The notes below the pieces were generated by a model. It ran no database searches. It was given only the letters and a program-made list of their open reading frames with translations, and was not told the DNA's origin. Positions 21,296 through 32,858 of a stretch of DNA of 64,000 nucleotides are shown piece by piece. The position numbers were made by a program, and so were the translations under genes. Position 1 is the stretch's first letter, and every line of letters starts with the position of its first letter. Where the stretch lies: the IMG/VR virus record IMGVR_UViG_3300042389_001478, positions 64,001-128,000 of that record. One strand, given 5' to 3'. The stretch is from a virus.

Positions 21296-24200
21296 ATGAA
21301 TGAAACAATTTCTGGTACATTGCTTATTGGCTCCGGACTCACTCCAGACATCAGACTATCTGAAACATCTGGAATAGCCACAAGCTTTAATAATAATAAG
21401 AAAAATATTGATTTTAGTATATCAGGAACAGGAAATAATGGCCTAATTTATTTTGATGCTTCTACTGGTCGTTTAGGAGTAGGCACCGGATTACCAGATG
21501 CTGTTCTTCATATTGTTGCTCCGTGCGCCAAAGATGGACTTATTGTTGAGAGTGTTACAAATTGCCCCACTGGCGTAACCCTACTATTAGTACACAACCC
21601 ACAAACTGCTCCACAAAGCGGTAGTTATCCAGCTATTATTAATTTAGCCGGAAGAGACACCAACTATGAAGAAATAGCTTATGGCCAGATAATGTCCCGC
21701 ATACTAGATCCAATTACTGGATTTACTAGTGGCGAACTAATTTTCACAGTTGATGAAACTGGAGTTAATAAACCAATTTTTGTTGGTAATCTACAAAGCA
21801 TAGTTCTTGGCGGAAGAAATCAAATATCTGGATCTAACTATGAAGTAATTGGAAGTACAAACTCAATCACTGGAGTTGGCTTTACTAATATAGGATCTTA
21901 TAATAGTGGATTGTCTACTAGTGGTATTTTAATTGGTAATTTAAATTATGTTAACGGTATTAAAACTTTAGCATTAATTAATAGTGCTAGTATAGTGGGC
22001 AATAACAACATTGGAATGGGTGATCAGATAAAAATTTCTGGGTTGTCTAATGTATTGGTCGGCAATAATAATAGCTTGTCTGGATCACAGAACGTGCTAT
22101 TAGGAGGAAATAACGATTTATTAGCAAGCTACTCAGTAGGCTTGGCTCAATATTCCGTATCTTCTGGAATTTCTGGCATAGCTCTTGGTTCATATATTAA
22201 TAATACTGGTGACTATAATATTTACATAGGTAATCTTAATAGCTTATCGGGTAATAACAATAGTATAGTAGGTTCGTACGTAAGCCTCACCGGAACCAAC
22301 ACTGTTGTTTATGGAAGTTCTGATAATATTTCTGGTAATAGTTTAATAGTCATTGGATCTAATCAGTCAGTGATTAATGTTAATAGTGGTATTTTTATTG
22401 GAAATAATATAACCAGTGAAGATTCATATCGAAGTGTTATTGTTGGATTAGGCAATGCTATTCAAAGCGGTTTGCAAGATAGTATTCTTGTTGGTATTAA
22501 TAACAATCTGTCCAATGGAAATCCAAGCAGCCTGCTTTTGGTAGGACAAGCTAACGTTACTAAAGATATTACAGGATCATTGGTTGTTGGCAATACTAAT
22601 AATTTAAGTGGAACAGTATCTAATAACTTAGTATTGGGTAGTATCAATGCTGTTCCGTCCACAAGCAACAACAACCTAGTGCTTGGAGTACTAAATAACC
22701 AAACTGGGGTTTATATCGATTCAGCTGGTTCTATATATGGAACTCCCAGAAGAACTAATGGCTCAGTAAATAATTCCATAGTTGCTGGTGTCCATAACAT
22801 TATTTCTAATGGTAATGCCGATATTCTTTTAGGTAATAAAAATTCGGTATCAGGATCAAATGCAAATATCTTAGGGTCATACAATAATCTTAAAAATTCT
22901 TCTAACACATATAATGTTGGTAATTCTAACTTTATTGTTGGAGATAAGGTTGGAACACTAGGAAGTAAAATATCTGTAATAGGTCAAGAGTCTGTAGTAT
23001 TTAATACTGCAGATCGTAAAATGGATGTTTTTGGTAGTGGTAATATCGTTATTGGTCATAACGCAGCCGTATCAAGCGGTATTATAGTCGGCACATCAAA
23101 CAAAGCCCATGGAACTAATAATATTATTTATGGTAAAAATAATACAGTTGGTTCCATACGCCACCAATTTACTACGAATAGCCCATTTGCTAATAGTGTT
23201 ACTATTGGTTCGCTGAACGTTGCTAACAAATACACTATAGGAGATACGGTACTAATTTATGTTCAAAATCCTCCTTCTATAACTAATACATTCGTTCGAG
23301 AAATTCAGGACATTGTTGAAGATATAGATACAACGACTATTACGTTCACTACTTCTATTAGTATGGATAGTAGTAATGGCTATTATTCTATTAATCAGGC
23401 TTTCGATGATAATAATTCTCCATCACCTTCCATAAGCGGATTAATTATGCCATACCAGCAAGGTGGTGGCATTGGTGGTCCAGAAACAAATCCCACCTAT
23501 GGTTCTGATAATATCATCGTTGGATCTAATAATAACTATATTTTTAGTAGCGGCGTTGTTATTGGAAATAATAATACTGTTTCTGGGGTTAAAAATGTTG
23601 TTATCGGATATGGCATGAGTGGGGTAGCCAATAATACATTATATGTGGGAACTAATAATAACAATAAAATTATTTTAGACAACGATAAAACAGTATTTAA
23701 CTCAGGTTCAGTACAAGATAATTTCATTATTAAATCTAGTAGTGATAATACCTCTGTAGTTAATATGGATTTAAATAGTAATTATTTTGGTATTAATACC
23801 GACAACCCCACGGCTGCACTCTCGGTCAGTGGACTAACGAGCACATCCACCGTAAGAATAGGTTTTTCTGCACCAGATCAATATGTTTTAACTACAAACG
23901 TCAATGGCTATGGCACATGGCAGCTTCCGGTCAGAATATCTGGAACCGATAATGGATTAATGTATAGAGTAAATAATAAGGTTGCTAGTGGTATTACTGA
24001 AGTTCAGTATGATCCAACAACATCTACAATGGGCTTTAATCTTGATGGGGCCAATGGTTTTTATATCACTTCATCTGGACTATTAGTCAATGACGAAGGT
24101 AATACTTATGGCATTAGGGTACGAGGAAGCGGAGGATCAGATTTCGCCAGAACCTTGCTTCAAACAAATTTTGGTAGAAATAGAATTGACTTTTTTAATA

Positions 24201-25648
24201 TAAGTGGCAATTCTGGTAATTTTAATAATTTCTCTGTTGGTAGTGGAATGATTTTGCCAGTTAGCTTAACTGGTACATTTTTATATGTTAATAATTCTGG
24301 TAATCTAACAAGCTTTGGCTCTAGGGCTTATAGTATACTATTTTCTAATGCTAATTCATGGGCTACTGGTAACACTAGCTATAGATGGATTGATAATCAA
24401 TCTACATTAGTGATGGGGTCTACCGGCGTTGTGTCCTATGATGTTTTAGCTACTAGTACTAATGACACAAGATACAACATATTATTAAGCTCCAATAAAG
24501 ACATAGATACCGTATTTAATAATTTGGGTTTGGGTAATAAATTTTCTGTCATCAATTCTGGACAATTAAACACCAGACGTGGATTACACATCAATCCCGC
24601 TAGCGGACAGGTTGCGATCAACGTTATTCCTGATACTTATGCCGGAATAGCAAGTCAATCGCATTTGTATGTTGAGGGTAAAACACACACCCAGTCATTA
24701 AGAATAGGGAATAATAGTATTTCTGGACTATATCTCAGAGTAGATAATAGTGGCAATGTTTTTTCTAGCCTATTAGATCTCAAGACCCAATTTAGTGGAT
24801 TGTGGCCGTTTTCTGTTACAACAACCTCTTTGGGCGGCAGTGATACTTTTAGGGTTGATCTTGGGCTATCCAATCAAGATAGGTCAAATTTTAGTATGGT
24901 CGGAGTGTCTGGTGATGGCCGGTTCTTAGTTTTTGACTCAACTAAGTGGGACTTATCTAATAGTTTGAAAGTGCCTCAATCAACATGGGTTACTAACAAC
25001 ACTGGTCCTGTTCTCAGGACTCTCAGAGGTATTGAATTTGGATACAGGCCCAAAATTAATTACACATACCACAGCCACGTTTTTGCATCAAGTTCTTTCT
25101 TAGATTCATCATCTTTGTATGATGGATCATCTCAGTTCTCCCAATATTACCTAAGATCCCGCACAGTAGGCAACGACATAGCTGAACTTACTACAGACTG
25201 GGGTAAAAATAGCAGTAATGACGTAAGCCAATATAATACCATTAGTTTAAAAAACACAAATGGTTATGATTATGATAATGTATGGAACTATAAGATTTTT
25301 GTATCAGTAATTTGGCAAGATGGTACCACCACACAAACCGTTACTGGTCCAAAATCTGCTGCTGGCATGACTATTGAAGGATGTGTTTTTAGATCAGCAG
25401 ATGGAGGAATATTCACTAAACTAGGCAAGGAGAATATTAATGTGTATGCTACTGGTATTGGAGCAGTTGGGATGCCTGCTGGTATGGGTATTGCAACATA
25501 CATAGACAATGATGCTAATCAAACATTAATGCCTCGATTAGCTATTCAAGCCACAGGAGTTGCTGGAAAAACGACATTATGGAGCGCCTCTGCTCAGATT
25601 AATCAATTAAATCACCCTGCTGGATCTAATTTATTCGGAAATACTTAG
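21296..25648 (+). CDS. Tail fibre/spike-like protein with long Gly/Asn/Ser beta-roll (YadA-head-like) repeats, 1,450 aa
   Basis: Many G-x-x-N-x-[IV] / [IV]-[IV]-G-N-N-N units (about 21.8-23.65 kb); fibre motifs GRLGVGTGLPDAVLHI and FGINTDNPTAALSV; location in the tail module. Confidence 0.7.
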   Translation: MNETISGTLLIGSGLTPDIRLSETSGIATSFNNNKKNIDFSISGTGNNGLIYFDASTGRLGVGTGLPDAVLHIVAPCAKDGLIVESVTNCPTGVTLLLVHNPQTAPQSGSYPAIINLAGRDTNYEEIAYGQIMSRILDPITGFTSGELIFTVDETGVNKPIFVGNLQSIVLGGRNQISGSNYEVIGSTNSITGVGFTNIGSYNSGLSTSGILIGNLNYVNGIKTLALINSASIVGNNNIGMGDQIKISGLSNVLVGNNNSLSGSQNVLLGGNNDLLASYSVGLAQYSVSSGISGIALGSYINNTGDYNIYIGNLNSLSGNNNSIVGSYVSLTGTNTVVYGSSDNISGNSLIVIGSNQSVINVNSGIFIGNNITSEDSYRSVIVGLGNAIQSGLQDSILVGINNNLSNGNPSSLLLVGQANVTKDITGSLVVGNTNNLSGTVSNNLVLGSINAVPSTSNNNLVLGVLNNQTGVYIDSAGSIYGTPRRTNGSVNNSIVAGVHNIISNGNADILLGNKNSVSGSNANILGSYNNLKNSSNTYNVGNSNFIVGDKVGTLGSKISVIGQESVVFNTADRKMDVFGSGNIVIGHNAAVSSGIIVGTSNKAHGTNNIIYGKNNTVGSIRHQFTTNSPFANSVTIGSLNVANKYTIGDTVLIYVQNPPSITNTFVREIQDIVEDIDTTTITFTTSISMDSSNGYYSINQAFDDNNSPSPSISGLIMPYQQGGGIGGPETNPTYGSDNIIVGSNNNYIFSSGVVIGNNNTVSGVKNVVIGYGMSGVANNTLYVGTNNNNKIILDNDKTVFNSGSVQDNFIIKSSSDNTSVVNMDLNSNYFGINTDNPTAALSVSGLTSTSTVRIGFSAPDQYVLTTNVNGYGTWQLPVRISGTDNGLMYRVNNKVASGITEVQYDPTTSTMGFNLDGANGFYITSSGLLVNDEGNTYGIRVRGSGGSDFARTLLQTNFGRNRIDFFNISGNSGNFNNFSVGSGMILPVSLTGTFLYVNNSGNLTSFGSRAYSILFSNANSWATGNTSYRWIDNQSTLVMGSTGVVSYDVLATSTNDTRYNILLSSNKDIDTVFNNLGLGNKFSVINSGQLNTRRGLHINPASGQVAINVIPDTYAGIASQSHLYVEGKTHTQSLRIGNNSISGLYLRVDNSGNVFSSLLDLKTQFSGLWPFSVTTTSLGGSDTFRVDLGLSNQDRSNFSMVGVSGDGRFLVFDSTKWDLSNSLKVPQSTWVTNNTGPVLRTLRGIEFGYRPKINYTYHSHVFASSSFLDSSSLYDGSSQFSQYYLRSRTVGNDIAELTTDWGKNSSNDVSQYNTISLKNTNGYDYDNVWNYKIFVSVIWQDGTTTQTVTGPKSAAGMTIEGCVFRSADGGIFTKLGKENINVYATGIGAVGMPAGMGIATYIDNDANQTLMPRLAIQATGVAGKTTLWSASAQINQLNHPAGSNLFGNT

Positions 25649-25673
25649 GACTTTTTAATTTAGGAAATTATTT

Positions 25674-27263
25674 ATGGCAAATGGAGCTTATATAAAATAC
25701 GGAAACTTTAGTTTTCTTGCTAATAGTGGATATCCAATTCCATCAATAAGCATATCTCAAGAATACCAAAGAGATGGAGCTGGCCGCCAGATAGGAGCTA
25801 CTGTTTCTATTGCTTTAGAAGGAAAGATTTATAGTGGTAGTGGAGATAAAGGTTTTTCTCATTTACTTACTAAAGAAAGCGGTTTAAGACAAGCTTTTAG
25901 TTATGATGGTAATAACTTTGTTGTTGGGTGTAGTGATGGAACTCAAACCACCTTTAGTGGTATAAAAGTTTCTCGATACAATGCTAGTAAAACCGAAAAT
26001 AATTGGACAACCACTATAGACTATAGTATTGATTTACAATCAGAAGTAGCAAATACTGGTAGCGGTATTTTCAACGTTACTAGCACTCAAGATGATTGGA
26101 GCATAGAAACGATTGATGAATTTTCATATTCACGATCTCCAGTAAGCATGAGCCTTTTGGGTTTTGGATCTAATTTTCAGTTTCCACAAGGAAAAAATTA
26201 TCCTTTTTATAGAATCAGTCGCACAATAGGAGCAGTTGGTAAGTTTATACCAACAAGCGGCTCTGGTGGCAACGTATCTCTTACTGGTATCAATACCGCA
26301 GTCTCTAACGCTAAAAACTGGGTTAATTATCATCTTCCACTAAATCCAACCTATTCTGGTATTATTAAAAGTTTATCTTTGTATAATTTTGTTAGAAATG
26401 TCAATAGTAGTGAAATTGAAGGCTCTTATAGAATAACAGATAATTGGATAGCTATTCCTAGTGGGTTAAGTGGGCTATACACCGAAAGCTTTAATATTGA
26501 AAGCTCATTAGACTCTTCATTAATGAGAACCGTAACCCTCAATGGTACTGTGAAAGGATTAGAGCTATTTAATAGTGGTAATTATAATAATTCATCACTA
26601 GATAATTTATCTAATAATATTAAATTAACAAGTAATGGTTCTACAAAATTTGATAACGCCATTAGCGGATACTCCTCTGTTAAAAACTTGCTATATGGTA
26701 GAGCACAGACTTTTATGGTTAGCGGCAGTGCTGCGACGGCAACCTTTTATGGTGGACTCGGAAGTGTTGTCGCCGGACAATTTGCTAATAGAACCGAAAG
26801 TCCTTTGAACCCTATTCCAGTAAGCGCTACCGAAGGGTTTAATCCAGCAGAAGGAAGCATAACATATAGTTGGTCTTTTAATAATCGTCCTATGAACATT
26901 ATTAGCGGAGCTATTAGCGAAACATTAACCGTTGATGATACATTTCCAACACAAGTAGTAGGAAGTATTTATGTGCTTGGTAGAAGATTAGGACCAGTTT
27001 TACAGGATATCGGCACAGTAACTTCTTATAGTAGATCGGTTACGATGGAAGTGGTTTTCCCCAAACCATCTAGTCTTAGAAATATAACATTTCCTGGAGA
27101 TGCTTATAGATCTATAACAGGAATAATCGATTCGTTAGATCCTAAAAATCTATATGCTGACGGAATACGATCATTTGTTAAGCAAAATAGTGAAAACTGG
27201 AATGCAACCGAAGGAAGATTTACCAAGACTAAAGCGTGGGAATATACAAGATGCATCTACTAA
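25674..27263 (+). CDS. Putative tail/baseplate structural protein, 529 aa
   Basis: Beta-rich S/T/G/N composition, tight coupling within the tail operon, repeated strand patterns (YSIDL, YRISRTI, YRITDNW, ITYSWSF). No specific family recognised. Confidence 0.5.
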   Translation: MANGAYIKYGNFSFLANSGYPIPSISISQEYQRDGAGRQIGATVSIALEGKIYSGSGDKGFSHLLTKESGLRQAFSYDGNNFVVGCSDGTQTTFSGIKVSRYNASKTENNWTTTIDYSIDLQSEVANTGSGIFNVTSTQDDWSIETIDEFSYSRSPVSMSLLGFGSNFQFPQGKNYPFYRISRTIGAVGKFIPTSGSGGNVSLTGINTAVSNAKNWVNYHLPLNPTYSGIIKSLSLYNFVRNVNSSEIEGSYRITDNWIAIPSGLSGLYTESFNIESSLDSSLMRTVTLNGTVKGLELFNSGNYNNSSLDNLSNNIKLTSNGSTKFDNAISGYSSVKNLLYGRAQTFMVSGSAATATFYGGLGSVVAGQFANRTESPLNPIPVSATEGFNPAEGSITYSWSFNNRPMNIISGAISETLTVDDTFPTQVVGSIYVLGRRLGPVLQDIGTVTSYSRSVTMEVVFPKPSSLRNITFPGDAYRSITGIIDSLDPKNLYADGIRSFVKQNSENWNATEGRFTKTKAWEYTRCIY

Positions 27264-27279
27264 TTAGCTAGAGGAAATA

Positions 27280-30200
27280 ATGACAGATACGTGTACTAAT
27301 AGATTACCATATAAGGCTGTCGGACCATATAATCAAACTTTATTCTTGGGTTGCAGTATAACTAATTTTAATATTAGTTTAGGGTGGGGTGGAGAAGCCA
27401 GCACTTTAACAGTGAACCTGTTAGATGATCGAGCATATCACCCATCATCAGCAGTCTTTGCGTCAATGGAAAATCGTCTAGTGCAGATCAATACTCAGTC
27501 TCAATCTCAATCCAATGCTTCTAATGCGCTTAAGGTTAATCCGACAACAGGCGATGTGGAAACTGATAATACTAAAACTATGCATCGAACCATTTCTCAA
27601 GAAATGGAAAACCAAGAAAGATCACGATTTTCAAATAATAAAAGACTTTACGATAATCCTCAAACGACCGATAATCAAAATATTATTGATAACGGCAAGG
27701 TTTGCTGGAGCTCTGCGGGGACTAAAAAGTTTTGGACAGATCCCGACCTTGGATTTTTAGGCTTGCCTAATAAGTTTAATAATAGAGGATATGATATTAT
27801 AGGAACTCCGGTTCTTTTTAAGTTTGATGATTTATTTTTTGGGGGAATGATTTATTCTTGGAAAAATGTTGGGTCGCAGGGTGGTTGGCCAACATATGAA
27901 GTTGAAATACGAAGTTTTGCTAGCTTATTGAATGGGTCTCAATTAATTATTGATGGATACGCCGGTACTGTCGCATCTCTTGTTGGTAATACTAGTGATA
28001 ATCCAACAGGGCTAGATGTTTGCGTTCCTCATTCATATCTTAGATTGCCCGGCGGAAATTCGGCTTTACCATATAACGGATCGATAGTGCAGGGTAATTT
28101 ACCCAATGTTTTTAATATTTATGGACATTTAGAGGCAGATGGTTTTGGCAATTCAGGACGAACGGATAGAGGCATTTCTGCTCTGGCAATATACAATGCT
28201 TTAGTCTCTATGCTAGGCCCAGGAACCGATGAAAGTCATAGTCCATTTAATCCGTATGGAGCCCTTCTTGGAAGAACAATTACTGATATGGACGGCAATT
28301 CTGTTGATCCCTATAACACCATTTATCGACCTAGTTTAACCAATCCAAATTATCAGTTATCTTTGCATGATATTGGAATTTGTCGTAATAGAGTTCCGGT
28401 GGTCGCAGCCAATGGAGCAACTCCAGATACTAGCTTTAGACGAAGTATGTTTAAACTAGACCTAAGCCAAGTTCCAGCTCCGCCAGCCGCTTTATATATG
28501 CAGGGCCCAACAATATCCATCATGCAGTTTCTTACAGAGATTTGCGACGGCGCTGGGGTAGATTTTTTCATAGACTTTATACCAGCAAGCGGAAACGACG
28601 ATTATGCTGGTACCATTAAAGTGCGAACCGTATCTCGTAGGGTTCAACCAAATAGAGAAATCATAAAAAACATTGTTGATAATCTAATATCAGAGCATAT
28701 ACAAGTAAGTTCATATAATTATGGACAAGAATTTAATGATCAAAATACTAGAGTAATGTATGTTGGAGGAAAACAAAAACGATTATTGCAAGTAAAGTCT
28801 ACTCCATTAGCTAGTAAACAGAATACATTAATATTCGATCCATTTGCAAATGACGGACTTGGATCATTTATTGACTATTCAGCCCTGGGGCAGCCAGGAA
28901 CAAATCAAGTACGAGAACCAAACCTGATGAGCACCAGAAGCTATAGATACAGAATGGCTCCTGGTGGTGGTGCTGTAGTAGCAGAATCTCAAACAAAAGA
29001 AAATTTTCCCGCTGGAGGCTATAGCGACGGATCTTTTGCTGACCCAACCTATTTCGCAGATGCTGGTTCCTCACTACTTATTAATAGAGGTAACTATCAT
29101 GACGCTAAAAATATACAAACTATACAAACAACAGTAGCTCTTCCTATGGCTAATCATCCATATTACACTAATATGATTAGTCCGTATTTTGGTGTTGGGG
29201 CCAATGGTCTTGGTAGGAAGGTATTTTTTGATCCTGCTATGGGTCAAATGCAAATTATCTTTGATGTTAAAGATATTACAGATATTGTCTCTGCGACCAC
29301 TCCTGGCTATGATGGTTTTAGTTCTAACTCTCCACAGTTTATGGTTTTAGAAAATGAACTTAGAGCAGCCTCCAAGGGCCTCGGTGAATGGATGGTTTAT
29401 TGTTTTAATAGTCCTTTTACCACTGATATTGAAGAATTAACATACAAAATCTTTAGACAGTCTTTTGGTCCCATGGGGTCTAGGGAAAAGTTTTTTGATG
29501 TTAAATCGTTTGTCATCCTTGAATCTATTAGTAAGTTTAATCAAATCAATCAAGGAAGGCCCCACAGAGTTAATTTAAATTCGGCTGCGGCATATATGAA
29601 AATATGGTATAAAAATTTTGAGGCTATTCATCAATTTTTTCAAAAAATAGCATCAGAGTACTACGGCAAACAATTTATGATCAAGATGCCATCACCGAGA
29701 TGGTATGAAGATAGCAGTATTTTACCCACAGAAACCGCTAATATAAACACCCTGCTCAATACTGGAGTCTCTAATACCATAACAATCAGACAAGGCTCTG
29801 GAAAGATTTATACTGATTGGGAATTATCTCCTGACGGAGCATGGGAAGAGCCGGGCAATTTAATAGATGATATGATATATATCGGATCTCCTAACGCCAG
29901 CATGATGATGGATGAACAAGGCAAAATACCACCAATAATAGGGTACAATGCCTCCGCTGAATATGACTATAAACAAATGTATCTTGGAAGATTTTACGCT
30001 GCTCAGGCTTCTATTTCAAATGCGGTTCTTGGCAGTGTTTGGGGAAACTATATTGATCTTATCAGATTTGAGGTCAGAAATAATGCCAGAGACCATTTTT
30101 ATAGTTCCATAAACCACTCATTGCCTTCCAATGAATATATAACACTACCATATAATAATGCAGCAGCTAGAAATTTAAAAACCGCGCACGGGCAACCATT

Positions 30201-32856
30201 AAATGGTAATAATCTATCCAAAATGTATGTTAAGTCCTCGTTATCTAGCGATATAGTCTTTTTAGATTTTATCAACGGAAACTATGCTGAGCCAAGAGCC
30301 ATTATGACCATATCTTCTCCAGTATTTATTGGAGCAAACAGAAACACTACGGATAATCAGCTGGACGCAATTCAGCGTTATGATAGCATAGCTAAATATA
30401 CAAGAGGAAGCAGCATACCCACACCGGCTATTGGCATAGCAGCAGGAAATACTATTTGGGGCGGATTAAGATGGAAAATTAATCCAAGCGCTACTACATA
30501 TAGAAATATCGTAGCTGGAACAGCTAGGGCCGAGGCTTCTTTATACGGAACTAGCTCCAACCCAGATGATCCAAGCAGTGCGAATGTGCATGTTCTAGAA
30601 AAGGCCGCTGTGCCATCGTTTGCTGCTATACCAATTCAGTCTAATTTAGCTATTTACGGACCCTGGATCAATCATCCTGGATCGATAGCCGCTGGAAGTA
30701 ATGGAATTTTTTCTGGTCGTGTTAACCCATATTACGATGTTAATAATCTAATTGGTGGATCAAAAGTTAATATTGACGAGGGTTTGGTTCCATGGAATTA
30801 TGGAGGAATGGACGCTCTTGACAGCGCTGTTTTAGAGAAAATTTTTGAAGACGTTAATTATCAACAGATCAATGAACAGGGAAGCATACAAGTTCCAGGA
30901 TACATGCTCACCACGAGCACGAACGGTTCTGCATATAACGTTGGAGATGCTTTGCAGTATCTTGGAGTGGCTAATGGTCCAATAGTCAGCAATATTCAGG
31001 TACAGGTTGGAGAAGGAGGTATTACGACATCCTATAACATGAGAACATATGTTAGAAAACTTGGTTTTTTTAATAAAGAAAATTCTGATCGTATGAAATT
31101 AATAGGACAAGAAGCGATTAAAAGACGCAAAGAAATAGCCACAAGTATTGCTACCCTAACTCAAAAACTAGGCACTGGATCGTCTAATGGTTTTGGTAGC
31201 ATGGGCGCTGATGAGATTTATGATGTTCTACAAAATCATACCTCTTTTCCGGCTATGTTACGAACTAGTCCTTTAACAGTATTAGCGGGACAAGCATATC
31301 CTAATGTGAATCATAAAAGCAGTTTGACTGATCTTCAAACCCAACTGGGTTATTCCCCATCTTGGAATATGCTACCAGCTAGTTTGGATAGTAGCATATC
31401 ATATACTCCAGAGCAAATGATTAAACAACTAACATATAGCTCATTATATGATGTAGAAGAGGTTCCTAAAGAATTAGTAGCGGACTATCATAAAAAATCT
31501 TTTATGAGTTTAGATGGATTATTATCGCCAATATCATTTTATCCAACAGAATTTAGTGCAACATATCATGCTACAAAGTATCCAACAGAAGCATGTCCGT
31601 TTTGCAAAGGGACGAGGAGGTATAAATATACAACAGCATCGGACACCAATCTACAATCAACATTAGCTTCTAACGGTAACTGTCAAAATATTATGTCCTT
31701 AGTAGCCAATAGTCGTGTTACTATGACTGAGGACTGTAGGTTTTGTGAACCAACAGCTGATAAAGTTAAGAGAAGCTTTATTAGCGCGTCGTCTAAAGAA
31801 ACTACTCCTCCGTATGTCATTGCTAGCGGAGACGACTTAACCCTGGTTAATAATCTTAGATTTGCTGGCTTGACTGGCAATCCTATTATTAATCAAAACA
31901 CATTAAATCCAATATTAACTTCGCTAGGAGAATTTAGTTGTTTTCAAAATAGGCAAGTGGGCGATCTTACTGCTCATTCTATAGAAATTATTGGAGACGG
32001 ATTAACCCCTCCAGAAAATAAGAATTTTATGCAATTGCCTTACTCTGATAATATCAACAAGAGATACTCCGCATACGATCTTAAATTAGTCGAGTTTTCA
32101 CAGTCCCACCCGAATCTAAATATTGATCAAAATTTTGCTGTGGCTAATAATATGAAATTTTTTGGTTTGCGTGGTCCTCTTATGGTCCATGGTTGGGGGT
32201 ACGACCTAGAGGGATATCCTGTACCAAATTCATCTGGAGAACCAAAGATAGAGAATGGGCAAATCGTTAGGGATACAGCAGGAAATATTATATATAAAAA
32301 TCAAGAGCTTCAATTTGATGGAACATGGACAAAGCCATATAAAGAAAATACTTTCTATAAGGGATGGGGTCAGTTGCCTGGCACCTGGCCTGTGGGTCCA
32401 GTTGATCTCAGATGGGATGCTAAGGCCGGGGTATGGACAGTAGGAGCAAACTATAAGTCCGTTTGGATTCAAATTGAAACTGATTTGATAGAGAACCAGC
32501 CGGTTAGAGGCGTTATGGTTGAGGATGCTTCAAATGAAGTGCTTCCAGATGGTTTAAGAAAATTAGTTTTTGTAAAAGACAACCTAGGCATTAACCCGGC
32601 ACCTAGAGGAGCTCAAATATATTGTAGATATGATAGTCAAAACGGATTTTATGAACCGATCTATAATAAGCCATACATCACTTCGGGTATTATACAAAAC
32701 GCAACAGCTGCGAATATTTATAAAATCTACGATACATCATTAAGCAGATATAGCACAACATATAAAAATCCTTTAGGTTTTAATGTCTCTAATGGTGATA
32801 TTGGATTATTTATTTTTATGGATAAGAACTGGACACTACAATCTGTTAGGTCTTAA
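27280..32856 (+). CDS. Putative baseplate hub / tail tip protein, 1,858 aa
   Basis: N-terminal FLGCSITNFNISLGWGGEASTLTVNL and later VSNIQVQVGEGGITTSYNMRT resemble hub (gp27/Tal-like) beta-barrel strands; GAGG RBS; CxxC...CxxC insert at 31594-31746. Confidence 0.55.
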   Translation: MTDTCTNRLPYKAVGPYNQTLFLGCSITNFNISLGWGGEASTLTVNLLDDRAYHPSSAVFASMENRLVQINTQSQSQSNASNALKVNPTTGDVETDNTKTMHRTISQEMENQERSRFSNNKRLYDNPQTTDNQNIIDNGKVCWSSAGTKKFWTDPDLGFLGLPNKFNNRGYDIIGTPVLFKFDDLFFGGMIYSWKNVGSQGGWPTYEVEIRSFASLLNGSQLIIDGYAGTVASLVGNTSDNPTGLDVCVPHSYLRLPGGNSALPYNGSIVQGNLPNVFNIYGHLEADGFGNSGRTDRGISALAIYNALVSMLGPGTDESHSPFNPYGALLGRTITDMDGNSVDPYNTIYRPSLTNPNYQLSLHDIGICRNRVPVVAANGATPDTSFRRSMFKLDLSQVPAPPAALYMQGPTISIMQFLTEICDGAGVDFFIDFIPASGNDDYAGTIKVRTVSRRVQPNREIIKNIVDNLISEHIQVSSYNYGQEFNDQNTRVMYVGGKQKRLLQVKSTPLASKQNTLIFDPFANDGLGSFIDYSALGQPGTNQVREPNLMSTRSYRYRMAPGGGAVVAESQTKENFPAGGYSDGSFADPTYFADAGSSLLINRGNYHDAKNIQTIQTTVALPMANHPYYTNMISPYFGVGANGLGRKVFFDPAMGQMQIIFDVKDITDIVSATTPGYDGFSSNSPQFMVLENELRAASKGLGEWMVYCFNSPFTTDIEELTYKIFRQSFGPMGSREKFFDVKSFVILESISKFNQINQGRPHRVNLNSAAAYMKIWYKNFEAIHQFFQKIASEYYGKQFMIKMPSPRWYEDSSILPTETANINTLLNTGVSNTITIRQGSGKIYTDWELSPDGAWEEPGNLIDDMIYIGSPNASMMMDEQGKIPPIIGYNASAEYDYKQMYLGRFYAAQASISNAVLGSVWGNYIDLIRFEVRNNARDHFYSSINHSLPSNEYITLPYNNAAARNLKTAHGQPLNGNNLSKMYVKSSLSSDIVFLDFINGNYAEPRAIMTISSPVFIGANRNTTDNQLDAIQRYDSIAKYTRGSSIPTPAIGIAAGNTIWGGLRWKINPSATTYRNIVAGTARAEASLYGTSSNPDDPSSANVHVLEKAAVPSFAAIPIQSNLAIYGPWINHPGSIAAGSNGIFSGRVNPYYDVNNLIGGSKVNIDEGLVPWNYGGMDALDSAVLEKIFEDVNYQQINEQGSIQVPGYMLTTSTNGSAYNVGDALQYLGVANGPIVSNIQVQVGEGGITTSYNMRTYVRKLGFFNKENSDRMKLIGQEAIKRRKEIATSIATLTQKLGTGSSNGFGSMGADEIYDVLQNHTSFPAMLRTSPLTVLAGQAYPNVNHKSSLTDLQTQLGYSPSWNMLPASLDSSISYTPEQMIKQLTYSSLYDVEEVPKELVADYHKKSFMSLDGLLSPISFYPTEFSATYHATKYPTEACPFCKGTRRYKYTTASDTNLQSTLASNGNCQNIMSLVANSRVTMTEDCRFCEPTADKVKRSFISASSKETTPPYVIASGDDLTLVNNLRFAGLTGNPIINQNTLNPILTSLGEFSCFQNRQVGDLTAHSIEIIGDGLTPPENKNFMQLPYSDNINKRYSAYDLKLVEFSQSHPNLNIDQNFAVANNMKFFGLRGPLMVHGWGYDLEGYPVPNSSGEPKIENGQIVRDTAGNIIYKNQELQFDGTWTKPYKENTFYKGWGQLPGTWPVGPVDLRWDAKAGVWTVGANYKSVWIQIETDLIENQPVRGVMVEDASNEVLPDGLRKLVFVKDNLGINPAPRGAQIYCRYDSQNGFYEPIYNKPYITSGIIQNATAANIYKIYDTSLSRYSTTYKNPLGFNVSNGDIGLFIFMDKNWTLQSVRS

Positions 32857-32858
32857 TT

